Part shown: in pieces, positions 40,920 through 51,370 of the stretch
How the letters are laid out: each line of letters begins with the position of its first letter
Position numbering within the stretch: position 1 is the stretch's first letter
Source of the DNA: Bacteroidota bacterium
GTDB taxonomy: Bacteria > Bacteroidota > Bacteroidia > Cytophagales > Cyclobacteriaceae
NCBI GenBank assembly: GCA_013285945.1
Contig: JABDGP010000001.1
Span: forward strand, 9,081-73,080
Length of the DNA: 64,000 nucleotides
Direction of reading: 5' to 3'
The notes under the pieces: model-generated
Seen by the model: the letters and a program-made list of their open reading frames with translations, nothing else
Databases searched by the model: none
Told to the model about the DNA's origin: nothing
Program-made: the position numbers and the translations under genes

Positions 40920-43900
40920 ATGAGGAAAATTTTATTGTTGAAGGTTTTTTGTGCGCTAATGCTGATGACCAGCATATCGTGGGCACAAACGCGAACGGTC
41001 TCCGGAAAAGTGACGTCTTCAGATGATGGAGCGGCAGTACCAGGAGTTAATATTATTGTAAAGGGAACAACGAATGGAACCACAACGGATGCCAATGGTA
41101 GCTTTAATTTGTCCGTTCCTAATGATGGAGGTACCCTTGTATTCACTTTTATAGGGATGGCTACACAGGAAGTGGCAATAGGGGAGAGAACAATTATTGA
41201 TGTTCAGATGACCACGGATTCTAAGCAGTTGTCTGAAGTTGTGGTAGTTGGTTATGGAACACAAGAAAGAAAAGATTTAACAGGTTCATTGGCATCCGTA
41301 AAGGGCTCGGATATTTCCAATCTCGCAAGCCCTAGTTTTGATCAACAATTGGCTGGTAGGGCAGCGGGCGTGAATGTATCGATTCCTTCAGGGTTGATAG
41401 GTCAGGCTCCGGTAATTAGAATAAGAGGTGTGAATTCAATCTCTAACGGTGCTGATCCACTCATTGTAGTTGATAATATGCCGATTACCACTGGTTCTAA
41501 TAGTGCCATTATTAGCAATAATGCATTGGCGGATATCAACCCTAATGACATCGAGTCTTTCGAGGTTTTAAAAGACGGCTCTGCGACCGCAATATACGGT
41601 TCACGTGGCGCTAACGGTGTTATTTTAATAACAACTAAAAAAGGGCATAAAGGCAGTGGAAAAACAAATGTTAGCTATGATAATTATTTTGGATGGGCTA
41701 ATACTTTTAAACAATATAATGTATTGAATGCCGACCAGTTTGTACAAATTCAAAATGAGAAATTTGCAAACGCAGGTGCGCCTCTTCAAGCAGTTTCTAT
41801 GAAGATAAATGGTCAACCGGTGAATACGGATTGGCAAAAACAAGTTTTTCGTACGGGGTTTATTCAGAACCATGCAGTTTCCATAAATGGAGCTACCGAT
41901 AAAACTTCATACTTCTTTTCATTAGGATGGACAGACCAAAAAGGCGCCACTGTTTCAAATGCATTGCAGCGATACACTTTCCGGGCAAATTTTGATCATA
42001 AGGCTACTAATTGGCTTTCTTTTGGAACAGATATAGGGCTTACTCGCACCAAAACAATCGGATTGAATGCGGGCTCGAATGCTCTTTCAGGGAATATTTT
42101 TAACGCACTAAATGAATTTCCAAACGTACCAGTTTACAATGCGAATGGTGCCTATAACATATCAGGAAATTTGACAGGATCCGGAGCCAATTTAGCTAAT
42201 AATGACTTTGCTCTCCCAAATATAGGATATGTGTTGGCGCACAACGTCAATAATTCCACAGCCTACAGGCTTATTGGTAATACACACGTTGAGGCAACCG
42301 TGCTGAAAGATTTTAAAATTCGTACACAGATCGGGGTGGATGCACTCCTAAATGATGATTTCTTTTATCGAGACCCTAAACAAGGCGATGGTTATCCTAG
42401 CGGATCAATATTCCAACAATACTCGCCTACTATCAGATGGAATTGGCAAAATACTATAAACTATTCCAAGATATTAGCTGAGGATCACAAAATCAATATC
42501 ACAGGTGGGTTCGAATACCAGAAAGCCACATTTAGTAACTATTCGGCTTTTGGTCAACAGCTTTCAAACTCGTATTTCGGACAGAACAACATCATAGGAG
42601 GTACTTTACTCACTCAACAAATTGGTGGTGACTACCAAGAAAATGGTTTTAGCTCCTATTTTGGTAGAGCAAACTATTCATATAAAGACAAATACTTGTT
42701 GCAAGGAACTTTCCGCAGCGATGCCCTTTCGTCCCTTGCTCCTAATGTTAGGACTGGTTTCTTCCCTGGTGCTTCTCTCGGCTGGAGAATCTCTAACGAG
42801 GAGTTTTTTAAATCAGCTAGGTTCTTGAACTCCGTCTCTGCTTTGAAGTTACGGGCTAGTTATGCTCAGGTCGGAAATTCATTTATATCATCCAATTACC
42901 CTTACGCAGATACCTTCACTGGAGTAACATACGGAATTCAAAATGGGTTGAGTTATGGTAACACGGGTAATATTAATTTGAAATGGGAAACAAGCAAGAA
43001 ACTTGATTTTGGTTTTGACTTAGGATTGTTAAATGACAAAATAACGGTTACCGCAGACTATTATCAAAACAAGATCGATGGATTGATTCTTAATTCACCG
43101 ACTGCTCCTTCATTAGGAATCCCAGGAAACGCTATTACGAAAAATATTGGCCAAATGGAAAACTCTGGTTTTGAATTGAGAGTTGCAACAACCGCGGTTC
43201 AAAGAGGAGAATTTACATGGAATGTTGATGTGAACTTTGCTACCAATCATAATAAGGTAACCGGACTCGATAAATCCGGAGATATACTTAAGACATACCA
43301 AGTTACCAGAGTTGGGGAATCCATTGGTTCTTTTCTCGGATATATATATGAAGGAGTGAATAAAGCGAATGGTAATCCCTTGTATTTAAGAGGCGATGGT
43401 AAAACCATTGTTCAAGGTAATATTAGTGATCAATCTTACTATAATTATGATCGCGCAAACCCAAGCACTTTAGGTACTTCGGTAGCGCCGTTAAGCAATG
43501 CAGACAAGGTAATATTAGGAAAAAGCACACCAACATGGTTTGGTGGCCTTAACAATACTTTTGCGTACAAAGGGTTTGATTTGACCATTTTCACTCGCTT
43601 CTCTGGAGGCAATAAAATTATGAACCTTTCACGCCAAGGACTGCTTTCACAGAACTTCACTAACAACGGAACAGAAATCTTAAATCGTTGGAAGAGCTCT
43701 ACTGATGTAGGAAATGGTAGTGTACCTAAGTTGGTTTACAACAGAGATCCTTTTATAAACCTTACGAATAATACGACTACACGGTTTCTTGAAAAAGGCG
43801 ATTTCTTCAGGATTCAGAATATTGTATTTGGCTACACCTTACCTAAGGCCGTGTTAGAAAAAGCTAAAATTAATAAACTTAGATTTTTCGCTCAATTACA

Positions 43901-44042
43901 AAATGTTCTCTTGATAACTAACTACAAAGGGATCGATCCTGAATCAAATCTTAATCCCGGCAGTAATACACAATCCGGCTTGGACAGCAATGTAAATCCT
44001 CAGCAAAGGACACTTACACTGGGGCTTAACCTTGGATTTTAA
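40920..44042 (+). CDS. SusC/RagA TonB-dependent transporter
   Basis: EVVVVGYG, IRIRG, VLKDGSATAIYGSRGANGVILITTK, LKWET, C-terminal LNLGF. Confidence 0.95.
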   Translation: MRKILLLKVFCALMLMTSISWAQTRTVSGKVTSSDDGAAVPGVNIIVKGTTNGTTTDANGSFNLSVPNDGGTLVFTFIGMATQEVAIGERTIIDVQMTTDSKQLSEVVVVGYGTQERKDLTGSLASVKGSDISNLASPSFDQQLAGRAAGVNVSIPSGLIGQAPVIRIRGVNSISNGADPLIVVDNMPITTGSNSAIISNNALADINPNDIESFEVLKDGSATAIYGSRGANGVILITTKKGHKGSGKTNVSYDNYFGWANTFKQYNVLNADQFVQIQNEKFANAGAPLQAVSMKINGQPVNTDWQKQVFRTGFIQNHAVSINGATDKTSYFFSLGWTDQKGATVSNALQRYTFRANFDHKATNWLSFGTDIGLTRTKTIGLNAGSNALSGNIFNALNEFPNVPVYNANGAYNISGNLTGSGANLANNDFALPNIGYVLAHNVNNSTAYRLIGNTHVEATVLKDFKIRTQIGVDALLNDDFFYRDPKQGDGYPSGSIFQQYSPTIRWNWQNTINYSKILAEDHKINITGGFEYQKATFSNYSAFGQQLSNSYFGQNNIIGGTLLTQQIGGDYQENGFSSYFGRANYSYKDKYLLQGTFRSDALSSLAPNVRTGFFPGASLGWRISNEEFFKSARFLNSVSALKLRASYAQVGNSFISSNYPYADTFTGVTYGIQNGLSYGNTGNINLKWETSKKLDFGFDLGLLNDKITVTADYYQNKIDGLILNSPTAPSLGIPGNAITKNIGQMENSGFELRVATTAVQRGEFTWNVDVNFATNHNKVTGLDKSGDILKTYQVTRVGESIGSFLGYIYEGVNKANGNPLYLRGDGKTIVQGNISDQSYYNYDRANPSTLGTSVAPLSNADKVILGKSTPTWFGGLNNTFAYKGFDLTIFTRFSGGNKIMNLSRQGLLSQNFTNNGTEILNRWKSSTDVGNGSVPKLVYNRDPFINLTNNTTTRFLEKGDFFRIQNIVFGYTLPKAVLEKAKINKLRFFAQLQNVLLITNYKGIDPESNLNPGSNTQSGLDSNVNPQQRTLTLGLNLGF

Positions 44043-44066
44043 TCAATACCGTTAATAGAAAAAAAT

Positions 44067-45629
44067 ATGAGAAAAATAATTGCATCATTATTTGTAATAG
44101 GTGCCTGTATGGCGTCATGTAGTGTAACTGATCTTCAACCGAAAGATAACTTAGCATCATCAATTATATTTTCTGATTCAGCAAATATAGAGTTAGCTGT
44201 TGTTGGAGTGTACCATTCTACGCAAACCCAGCTTTTTGGATATAATGGCGCTGGTGACAGTAGAGGATATCCCTTTGGAGCTGCTCATGTTGAGCAAGCA
44301 GAGATGAGAGGAGAAGACTGTGTAAACACACAAGGGTTTTTTACAATAGTTTATGCAAACACCCAGACCTCGTCCAGCCCCAATTGTGTTAACCAATGGG
44401 CTGGTCTATTTGAGGTGATTAACCAAGCTAATACAGCAATCGATGGTCTTAGTTCAACTAAGGCTATCTCGGCCTCACGAGCTGCCGGATTTATTGGTGA
44501 AATGAAGTTTCTGCGCGCAATGGCTTATCACGATTTGCTTATTTTTTATGCTAGGCCTTATGGTGACAACCCAACGTCCAATTTAGGTGTACCTTACCGA
44601 GTCACTCCATCTCAAAAAAGTGTTGATGGGGCCACTGGACTAAGTAGAAATACTGTTGATGATTGTTACAATAAAATAATAGCGGATCTTGATTTTGCCG
44701 AGGCCAATCTGCCTGCTACCCGAAGTTCACAGTTACAAGTTACACGGGCTACCAAAGGAGCAGCCATTGCACTAAAGACCAGAGTCTATCAGCATATGAA
44801 TAATTGGGCAAAAGTGATCACAGAGGCTTCTAAAATAGTTACGATCGCCTCTGCATCTAGTCCAATTGGAGGATACACCTTAAACGCTGCACCCGATGGT
44901 GCGTTTACTAATCCTACTACTGTTGAATCGGTCTTTTCAATGGAATATAGCTCAGTTGATCAGGGAAGTGTAAATGGAGGCTTGGGAAGTTGTTTCTTGC
45001 CAAATGGTCCAGGAGGACGTGGTTTGATTGGAGTAAGCCCAAATCTTTATAACAAATCTTTCTGGGCAACTACCGACTTGAGGAGAAGCTTATATATTGT
45101 TAACGGAACAATAGGTGCTGGTAAGTTGGTTTATTACATCAATAAGTATAAGGATCCTAAGACTAATACAGATTATACCCCATTGATACGTTACTCCGAG
45201 GTTCTTTTAAACTATTCTGAGGCGCTAGCTAGAACAAATGACCTCTCAAATTCTTTATTGTTGTTAAATGCAGTGAGAAACAGGGCCGTAGCTGTGGTTG
45301 ATCGTTATAATGGTACGACGTTTGCGTCACAGAATTCCCAAATTCAAGCAATATTAAATGAGCGAAGAATTGAGTTTATTGGAGAAGGAAGAAGATGGCC
45401 CGACATCCACCGACTTTCAACTGATCCTACATACACAACTGGCGGCATTCCAAACAAATTGCTTTATTCACAATACGATGCATCCAGTTTTCAAGCAGGT
45501 TCAGATATGACAACCGCAGGTTCGATAACTTCGATTCCATATTCCGATTTTCGTTTTCTTTATCCAATAAGCAATGTAGAAATAGCTAATAATCCTACTC
45601 TAGCTAGTCAACAAAATCCTGGTTATTGA
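44067..45629 (+). CDS. SusD/RagB lipoprotein
   Basis: Lipobox MASC, GEMKFLRA, IRYSEVLL..EA, ERRIEF.GEGRRW.D, QNPGY end. Confidence 0.95.
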   Translation: MRKIIASLFVIGACMASCSVTDLQPKDNLASSIIFSDSANIELAVVGVYHSTQTQLFGYNGAGDSRGYPFGAAHVEQAEMRGEDCVNTQGFFTIVYANTQTSSSPNCVNQWAGLFEVINQANTAIDGLSSTKAISASRAAGFIGEMKFLRAMAYHDLLIFYARPYGDNPTSNLGVPYRVTPSQKSVDGATGLSRNTVDDCYNKIIADLDFAEANLPATRSSQLQVTRATKGAAIALKTRVYQHMNNWAKVITEASKIVTIASASSPIGGYTLNAAPDGAFTNPTTVESVFSMEYSSVDQGSVNGGLGSCFLPNGPGGRGLIGVSPNLYNKSFWATTDLRRSLYIVNGTIGAGKLVYYINKYKDPKTNTDYTPLIRYSEVLLNYSEALARTNDLSNSLLLLNAVRNRAVAVVDRYNGTTFASQNSQIQAILNERRIEFIGEGRRWPDIHRLSTDPTYTTGGIPNKLLYSQYDASSFQAGSDMTTAGSITSIPYSDFRFLYPISNVEIANNPTLASQQNPGY

Positions 45630-45660
45630 ATTCAAGTTTTTAATAGTACTCACTTGTCCT

Positions 45661-45689
45661 AAAAAAAGGCTGCCATTGGCAGCCTTTTT
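45661..45689. terminator. Bidirectional Rho-independent terminator
   Basis: AAAAAAAGGCTGCC-att-GGCAGCCTTTTT between convergent susD and rfaD. Confidence 0.9.
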
Positions 45690-45708
45690 CATTTGTCTGA
45701 AACTCAGA

Positions 45709-46677
45709 TCAAAACATCTTCATATTCTCCATCAAATAATTCTTCACGTAATCCTCCGTCCCTTCTTCTAGTGAAGAAAAAGGCCTTGAGTAGCCTATGC
45801 TTTTTAGTTTCTGCATATTCGCTTCTGTGAAGTATTGATATTTATCGCGAATGTCGGCAGGTGTGTCAATAAATTGGATGTCTTCCTTTTTGCCCACCGC
45901 TTTGAATACGGATTTGGTCAGGTCTAAAAACGTGCGCGCCTTGCCCGAACCTAAATTATAAATCCCCGAATTCTTGCGGTGGTGCATAAGGAACATGCAA
46001 ACTTCAACCACATCTTTCACATAAACGAAATCCCTCATCTGTTCTCCATCTCTAAACTGTGGATTGTGCGAACGGAACAATTTCATCTTATCGGTTTTGC
46101 TAATTTGATTGAATGCATGCCAGATCACTGATGCCATCCTCCCTTTGTGATATTCGTTTGGGCCGTAAACATTAAAGAATTTCAACCCAGCCCAGAAGAA
46201 AGGCTTTTCTTTTTGCTGCAAAGCCCACAAGTCAAAATCCTGTTTGGATTGCCCGTAGGGATTGAGTGGTTTTAATAAATTGATTTTAGATTCATCGTCA
46301 TCATATCCTGTTTCGCCCAAGCCATAAGTAGCCGCAGAAGAAGCATATACCAATGGAATTTGATAATTGATACACCGTGTCCAAATGTCTTTCGTGTACT
46401 GCGTATTCATCCGGTTTAGCAGCACGGTATCAAATTCTGACGTGTCTGTTTTTGCCCCGATGTGAAAAATAAACTCTACCAACTCGTGGTTTTTATCGAG
46501 CCAAGCCATGAAACCCTCCCGATCTAAATACTCCTGAATTTTTACTCCCGATAGATTCTTCATTTTGGCCGGATCGCCAAACTTATCTACTGCTATAATG
46601 GCATTGAAGTTTTGCTGGTTAAGCCTCTTCACCAGGCAACTGCCAATAAACCCTGCTGCACCTGTTACGATAATCAT
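45709..46677 (-). CDS. rfaD: ADP-L-glycero-D-manno-heptose 6-epimerase
   Basis: TGAAGFIGS, YASSAATYG, PLNPYGQSK, FFNVYGPNEYHKGRMAS, YQYFTEA. Confidence 0.95.
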   Translation of the reverse strand: MIIVTGAAGFIGSCLVKRLNQQNFNAIIAVDKFGDPAKMKNLSGVKIQEYLDREGFMAWLDKNHELVEFIFHIGAKTDTSEFDTVLLNRMNTQYTKDIWTRCINYQIPLVYASSAATYGLGETGYDDDESKINLLKPLNPYGQSKQDFDLWALQQKEKPFFWAGLKFFNVYGPNEYHKGRMASVIWHAFNQISKTDKMKLFRSHNPQFRDGEQMRDFVYVKDVVEVCMFLMHHRKNSGIYNLGSGKARTFLDLTKSVFKAVGKKEDIQFIDTPADIRDKYQYFTEANMQKLKSIGYSRPFSSLEEGTEDYVKNYLMENMKMF

Positions 46678-46780
46678 GATTCCTTTTTTTCGATGCAAAA
46701 ATAAGTTATTTAACTGACCTTACCCGACTCGCGCATGACTGACCTTGATCGCCTATATTTGCATTTTATACTTAACTCAT

Positions 46781-47200
46781 ATGATATACGTAAGTCGCAA
46801 GGAGCATTTTAACGCAGCTCACAAGTTGTATAATCCGGCCTGGAGCAAGGAAAAGAATTTTGAAGTTTTCGGCCCGTGTGCCAATGAAAACTGGCATGGA
46901 CACAACTATGAGTTGATCGTCACTGTGAAAGGCTATTCTGATCCTGAAACAGGATTTGTCATCGATTTGAAAAAGCTTAGCAACCTGATCAAAGCTGAGA
47001 TCATCGAAAAAGTCGATCATAAAAACCTGAACCTCGATGTACCTTTTATGAAAGGAAAAATGGCGAGCACGGAAGTGCTGGCTAAGGAAATCTGGGAAAT
47101 CCTTGAAAAAAAGATTCCTCCAATTACAGGCTTCGGGCAATTGCATTCGGTGAAAATTTATGAAACTCCACGCAACTGTGTTGAGTATTTAGGTGAATAA
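46781..47200 (+). CDS. queD: 6-carboxytetrahydropterin / 6-pyruvoyl-tetrahydropterin synthase
   Basis: FNAAH, C...WHGHNY, DHKNLN, STE, ETP. Confidence 0.8.
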   Translation: MIYVSRKEHFNAAHKLYNPAWSKEKNFEVFGPCANENWHGHNYELIVTVKGYSDPETGFVIDLKKLSNLIKAEIIEKVDHKNLNLDVPFMKGKMASTEVLAKEIWEILEKKIPPITGFGQLHSVKIYETPRNCVEYLGE

Positions 47201-47210
47201 TATCTCTTTG

Positions 47211-48323
47211 GTGAAACTCTACCTTATAGCCGGCGAACGTTCGGGCGATCTGCATGGCAGTAACCTTGTCAAAGCTCTGAAAAGTAAAAGCTCCTCACTT
47301 GATCTTCGAGGATTTGGTGGTGATGAGATGAAAAAGGCTGGCGTAGATGTTTTCGTTCATTACGAGCAACTGGCATTCATGGGTTTCGTCGCGCTGCTCA
47401 CTAATTTGTTTACCATTTTCAAGTACATCAGTCTTTGCAAAAACGATATTCGTCAATTTAAACCTGACGTAGTCATCCTGATTGATTATGGAGGATTTAA
47501 TCGAAGGATTGCTAAGTTTTGCAAACAGCACGGCATTCGGGTTTTCTATTACATTACGCCAAAAGTGTGGGCCTGGTATCAGCGCCGGGCTTTTGAACTC
47601 CAACGAAATGTTGACAGGATGTTTGTTATCCTTCCGTTCGAAAAACAATTCTTTAAGGAAAAATGCAACTGGGATGTGGATTATGTAGGCAATCCAGTAT
47701 TAGACGCAATCAAGTCATTTAAACCTGACCCGGAGTTTTTGGCAAAAAGCAAAATTGACAAGGGCAAAAAGATTGTAGCACTCTTGCCGGGCAGCCGCAA
47801 AATGGAACTAAAAAGGATTGTGCCGTTGATGGCAGAAGTTGCGACAAAAAATCCAGCATACCAGTTCGTTGTAGCGGCAGTCAACAACCTAGGCGAAGAT
47901 CTTTATGGAGGATTGAAAGATTTGCCTAACGTAAAATTTGTTGTCGAGGCATCTTACGACTTGCTTTCAATAGCTGATGCGGCGATCGTGACTTCAGGTA
48001 CAGCAACACTTGAAACGGGTATTTTCAAAGTGCCCCAAGTGGTTGTTTATAAAATGGGCTCAATCGAATACCAGTTAGTCAGCCGACTAGTAAAAGTGAA
48101 GTTCATTTCGTTGGTGAATTTGATTGCAGGTAAGGAAGTAATCAAAGAAATGATTCAAGACAATGCACGGCCCGAAAATGTAAGCACCGAACTTAATTTA
48201 TTGTTAAACAATAACGATTACCGTTCGGCAATGCTTAATGAATACGATTCTATATACAAAATCCTTGATACAGGTTCTGCATCGGAGAATGCGGCCAGGT
48301 TGATGATGCAGGCGTTAGGCTGA
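47211..48323 (+). CDS. lpxB: Lipid-A-disaccharide synthase
   Basis: AGERSGDLH, FMGF, IDYGGFN, PKVWAW, LPFE, LLPGSR, SGTATLE. Confidence 0.95.
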   Translation: MKLYLIAGERSGDLHGSNLVKALKSKSSSLDLRGFGGDEMKKAGVDVFVHYEQLAFMGFVALLTNLFTIFKYISLCKNDIRQFKPDVVILIDYGGFNRRIAKFCKQHGIRVFYYITPKVWAWYQRRAFELQRNVDRMFVILPFEKQFFKEKCNWDVDYVGNPVLDAIKSFKPDPEFLAKSKIDKGKKIVALLPGSRKMELKRIVPLMAEVATKNPAYQFVVAAVNNLGEDLYGGLKDLPNVKFVVEASYDLLSIADAAIVTSGTATLETGIFKVPQVVVYKMGSIEYQLVSRLVKVKFISLVNLIAGKEVIKEMIQDNARPENVSTELNLLLNNNDYRSAMLNEYDSIYKILDTGSASENAARLMMQALG

Positions 48324-48356
48324 TTGACTTTTTTTTCATACATAAACAAAAAGAAT

Positions 48357-48707
48357 ATGATGCTCGATTGGAATGAATATCAGCGCCAGTTATCAGCTAA
48401 TATCGCTGAGATTGGAAAAGTAAGCCCCGAAATAACCAGAGGCTATCGCGGACTGAGTGATGCAGGACTGAAAACCTCATTGCTTGGAGCGAAGACCCGC
48501 GAACTGATTTCGCTGGCTGTTGCGATTACACGCCAATGCGACGGCTGCATTACAGTTCATACAGATGCGGCCATCAAGCAAGGCGCAACTCGTGAAGAAA
48601 TTATTGAAGCGCTTGGGGTGGCTGTAGCCGTGAACGCCGGGGCGACACTGGTATATTCATCACGTGTAGTTGACGCATACACGCAAAAGACTTCGGAGCA
48701 GAAGTAA
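48357..48707 (+). CDS. Carboxymuconolactone decarboxylase / AhpD-like protein
   Basis: KTRELISLAVA...CDGC..H motif. Confidence 0.88.
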   Translation: MMLDWNEYQRQLSANIAEIGKVSPEITRGYRGLSDAGLKTSLLGAKTRELISLAVAITRQCDGCITVHTDAAIKQGATREEIIEALGVAVAVNAGATLVYSSRVVDAYTQKTSEQK

Positions 48708-48714
48708 TTTTTGA

Positions 48715-49950
48715 CTAGGCTACCTTCAGCTTGCTGTAGTGTGACTTGCCGAATTTTTCTTCCGCGTAGGCGCGATTGATCACTAACCGGTCGGTAGTCT
48801 TATCTGATGGCATCTCAAACATAGCATCATTGATAATAGCTTCGCATATAGAGCGAAGACCTCGTGCACCTAATTTATAGTCCACTGCTTTTTCTACAAT
48901 GAAATCGAGGGCACCTTCTTTGAATTCTACTTCAATATTTTCCATTTCAAACAACTTCTTGTATTGTTTGATCAAGGCATTTTTGGGCTCAGTTAAGATT
49001 TTTCTTAAAGCGTGGTGATCGAGTGGATTTAAAAATGAAATCACTGGCAACCGACCAATCAATTCTGGAATTAAGCCGAAAGTCTTCAAATCCTGTGCTG
49101 AGACAAACTGTAGTAAATTATCTTTGTCAATATCACTGGGGCTCATACTGTCGGCACTGGCTGTAAAGCCGAGCGGGCGAGTGTTGAGACGGCGACCAAT
49201 TACTCGCGACATTCCTTCGAAAGCGCCGCCACAGATAAATAAAATGTTTTCCGTATTTACTGTGATCATTTTCTGATCGGGATGTTTGCGGCCACCTTGC
49301 GGAGGAACATTGACAGCAGTGCCTTCCAATAACTTTAAAAGCGCCTGTTGCACACCTTCACCACTCACATCGCGCGTAATCGATGGATTGTCTGACTTAC
49401 GGGCGATTTTATCAATCTCATCGATATATACAATTCCCCGCTCAGCCGCTTCGGTATTGTAATCGGCTGCTTGCAAAAGGCGGGTTAAAATACTTTCCAC
49501 ATCTTCGCCCACATACCCGGCCTCGGTTAGCACGGTAGCATCGGCAATACAAAAAGGAACTTGTAAGATTTTAGCAAGGGTACGAGCCAGATAAGTCTTC
49601 CCAGTTCCGGTTTCGCCTACCATGATGATATTCGATTTCTCGATCATGATATCTGTGTCGATTTTGCGCTGCATTAACCGCTTGTAATGATTATAAACAG
49701 CAACACTCATCACGCGCTTGGCTTCATCCTGACCGATTACATACTCATCGAGGAATTTTTTTATCTCGCGAGGCTTGATCAGCTTAAAATTAGGTAAAGC
49801 ACCTGTTTCGACCTTATTTTTCTTCTCTTCCGTAAGAATTTGGCTTGCCTGTGTTACGCATTTGTCACAGATATGAGCATGGATTCCTGAAATCATCAGA
49901 TCCACGTCTTTTTTGCTTCTGCCGCAAAAGGAACAGGTTACCTCAGCCAT
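48715..49950 (-). CDS. clpX: ATP-dependent Clp protease ATP-binding subunit
   Basis: CSFC...CDKC Zn finger, [39 protein letters not shown] loop, GARGLR. Confidence 0.97.
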   Translation of the reverse strand: MAEVTCSFCGRSKKDVDLMISGIHAHICDKCVTQASQILTEEKKNKVETGALPNFKLIKPREIKKFLDEYVIGQDEAKRVMSVAVYNHYKRLMQRKIDTDIMIEKSNIIMVGETGTGKTYLARTLAKILQVPFCIADATVLTEAGYVGEDVESILTRLLQAADYNTEAAERGIVYIDEIDKIARKSDNPSITRDVSGEGVQQALLKLLEGTAVNVPPQGGRKHPDQKMITVNTENILFICGGAFEGMSRVIGRRLNTRPLGFTASADSMSPSDIDKDNLLQFVSAQDLKTFGLIPELIGRLPVISFLNPLDHHALRKILTEPKNALIKQYKKLFEMENIEVEFKEGALDFIVEKAVDYKLGARGLRSICEAIINDAMFEMPSDKTTDRLVINRAYAEEKFGKSHYSKLKVA

Positions 49951-50031
49951 GCTATTTTTCAAGTTGATTTCTAGATGAATTTACAAAGTTACAATTAATA
50001 AACAGACGAACGAAATCAACAAATCACTGCC

Positions 50032-50727
50032 TTATTTCTTGTTGCGCTCCAATACTTCATCAATAAGGCCATATTCTTTGGCCTCTGAGGCACGCATCCA
50101 ATAATCGCGGTCGGAGTCTTTTTCTATTTTTTCGTAGGTCTGGCCACTATGCTTGGCAAGGATGGTGTACAGATCTTTTTTCAGCTCCAGCGTTTGTCTC
50201 ATGGAAATTTCCATGTCAGAAGAGGTTCCTTGCATGCCGGCCGAAGGTTGATGGATCATCACCCGCGCATGAGGCAAGCCCGAACGCTTCTTGGGTGAAC
50301 CCGCGGCTAGTAAAACTGCACCCATTGAGGCGGCAAGGCCTGTACAAATAGTTGCCACATCCGGATTTACATATTGCATAGTATCGTAAATGCCGAGGCC
50401 GGCGTGAACCGAACCACCCGGGCTATTGATATACATGATAATATCTTTCTTAGGATCGGAAGATTCTAAAAACAAAAGCTGAGCGGTAATTACATTGGCC
50501 ACATAGTCATCCACGGCAGTGCCAAAGAAGATGATCCTATCGGCCATAAGGCGTGAGAACACATCGATTACAGTGGCACGCATTTGGCGTTCTTCCACCA
50601 CATTTGGAGTCATGCCAAAGACGGTGTGTGGGTTTTCGTTGACGTATTTTGTATAACTGTCGAGTGCGTTGCCGCTCATGCCCATGTGGTGCACAGCGTA
50701 TTTGCGGAATTCGTTAGTGTTATTCAT
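50032..50727 (-). CDS. clpP: Clp protease proteolytic subunit
   Basis: DVFSRL, YINSPGG, AASMG, MIHQP, DRD. Confidence 0.97.
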   Translation of the reverse strand: MNNTNEFRKYAVHHMGMSGNALDSYTKYVNENPHTVFGMTPNVVEERQMRATVIDVFSRLMADRIIFFGTAVDDYVANVITAQLLFLESSDPKKDIIMYINSPGGSVHAGLGIYDTMQYVNPDVATICTGLAASMGAVLLAAGSPKKRSGLPHARVMIHQPSAGMQGTSSDMEISMRQTLELKKDLYTILAKHSGQTYEKIEKDSDRDYWMRASEAKEYGLIDEVLERNKK

Positions 50728-50787
50728 AAATTTATTTATCCTTTTTAAAGAGTCGGTTATGAGTTTCTTTTATTGTAAAAATAATGT

Positions 50788-51114
50788 TCACGGAATTGTT
50801 TTAAAGATAGTTTTTAATTCCAAATCCGAAATCGCTTCTTTTTCTGACTTATCATAAATGGAGACAAGATACACCACCGTTTTAGTGATCTTTATGAAAG
50901 TGATAACTCTTGCGCCCCCTGACTTACCTTTGCCTTTACTTTTAATGGCCAGCCGGATTTTATAAAAATTGTTTTTGAGCGATGAACCCTGAGTCGGATC
51001 AAGGCTTAGTTCTTTTGCGAGACCGGCAATTTCATCTTTCAACGAAGGATACTTTTTTAGTAATCGCTTGGCTTGCTTATCGAAAAGTGAAATGGAGAGA
51101 ACCTTATAGCTCAT
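50788..51114 (-). CDS. RelE/ParE-superfamily toxin
   Basis: F.KQAKRL.KKYPSL, KIRLAI.SKGKGKSGGARVI, IYDKSE. Confidence 0.85.
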   Translation of the reverse strand: MSYKVLSISLFDKQAKRLLKKYPSLKDEIAGLAKELSLDPTQGSSLKNNFYKIRLAIKSKGKGKSGGARVITFIKITKTVVYLVSIYDKSEKEAISDLELKTIFKTIP

Positions 51115-51334
51115 TTAAAAGCTCTTCTACCGGCCTGGCTTTTTTTTCACCTTTCTCAATCTGTGTGAGCTCAAGGATTGCCTCTTTTAGCTCGCTGATA
51201 AGTTGTTTCTTTGACGGGCTACGGATTTCTTCTCTTCTAAGCGTAAGCTTCTTCTCAAGATCTCGCCAGTCTTTCATGGGAATGAATACACCCGCGGGCT
51301 TGCCATTGCTATCTTCTATTACCTGGACTTTCAT
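51104..51334 (-). CDS. Putative antitoxin
   Basis: 76 aa, D..GK..GVFIP...W and C-terminal ELLNEL; overlaps the toxin start. Confidence 0.72.
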   Translation of the reverse strand: MKVQVIEDSNGKPAGVFIPMKDWRDLEKKLTLRREEIRSPSKKQLISELKEAILELTQIEKGEKKARPVEELLNEL

Positions 51335-51370
51335 ATTCCAAGATAACTATTTCCGTTAAATAAAGGTTCG

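Noticed and set aside
36511-47200. queE/queD as part of a 7-deazaguanine DNA-modification (dpd) system
   Set aside because: No dpdA/tgt paralog or dpd genes; both sit in housekeeping contexts consistent with queuosine or pterin synthesis.
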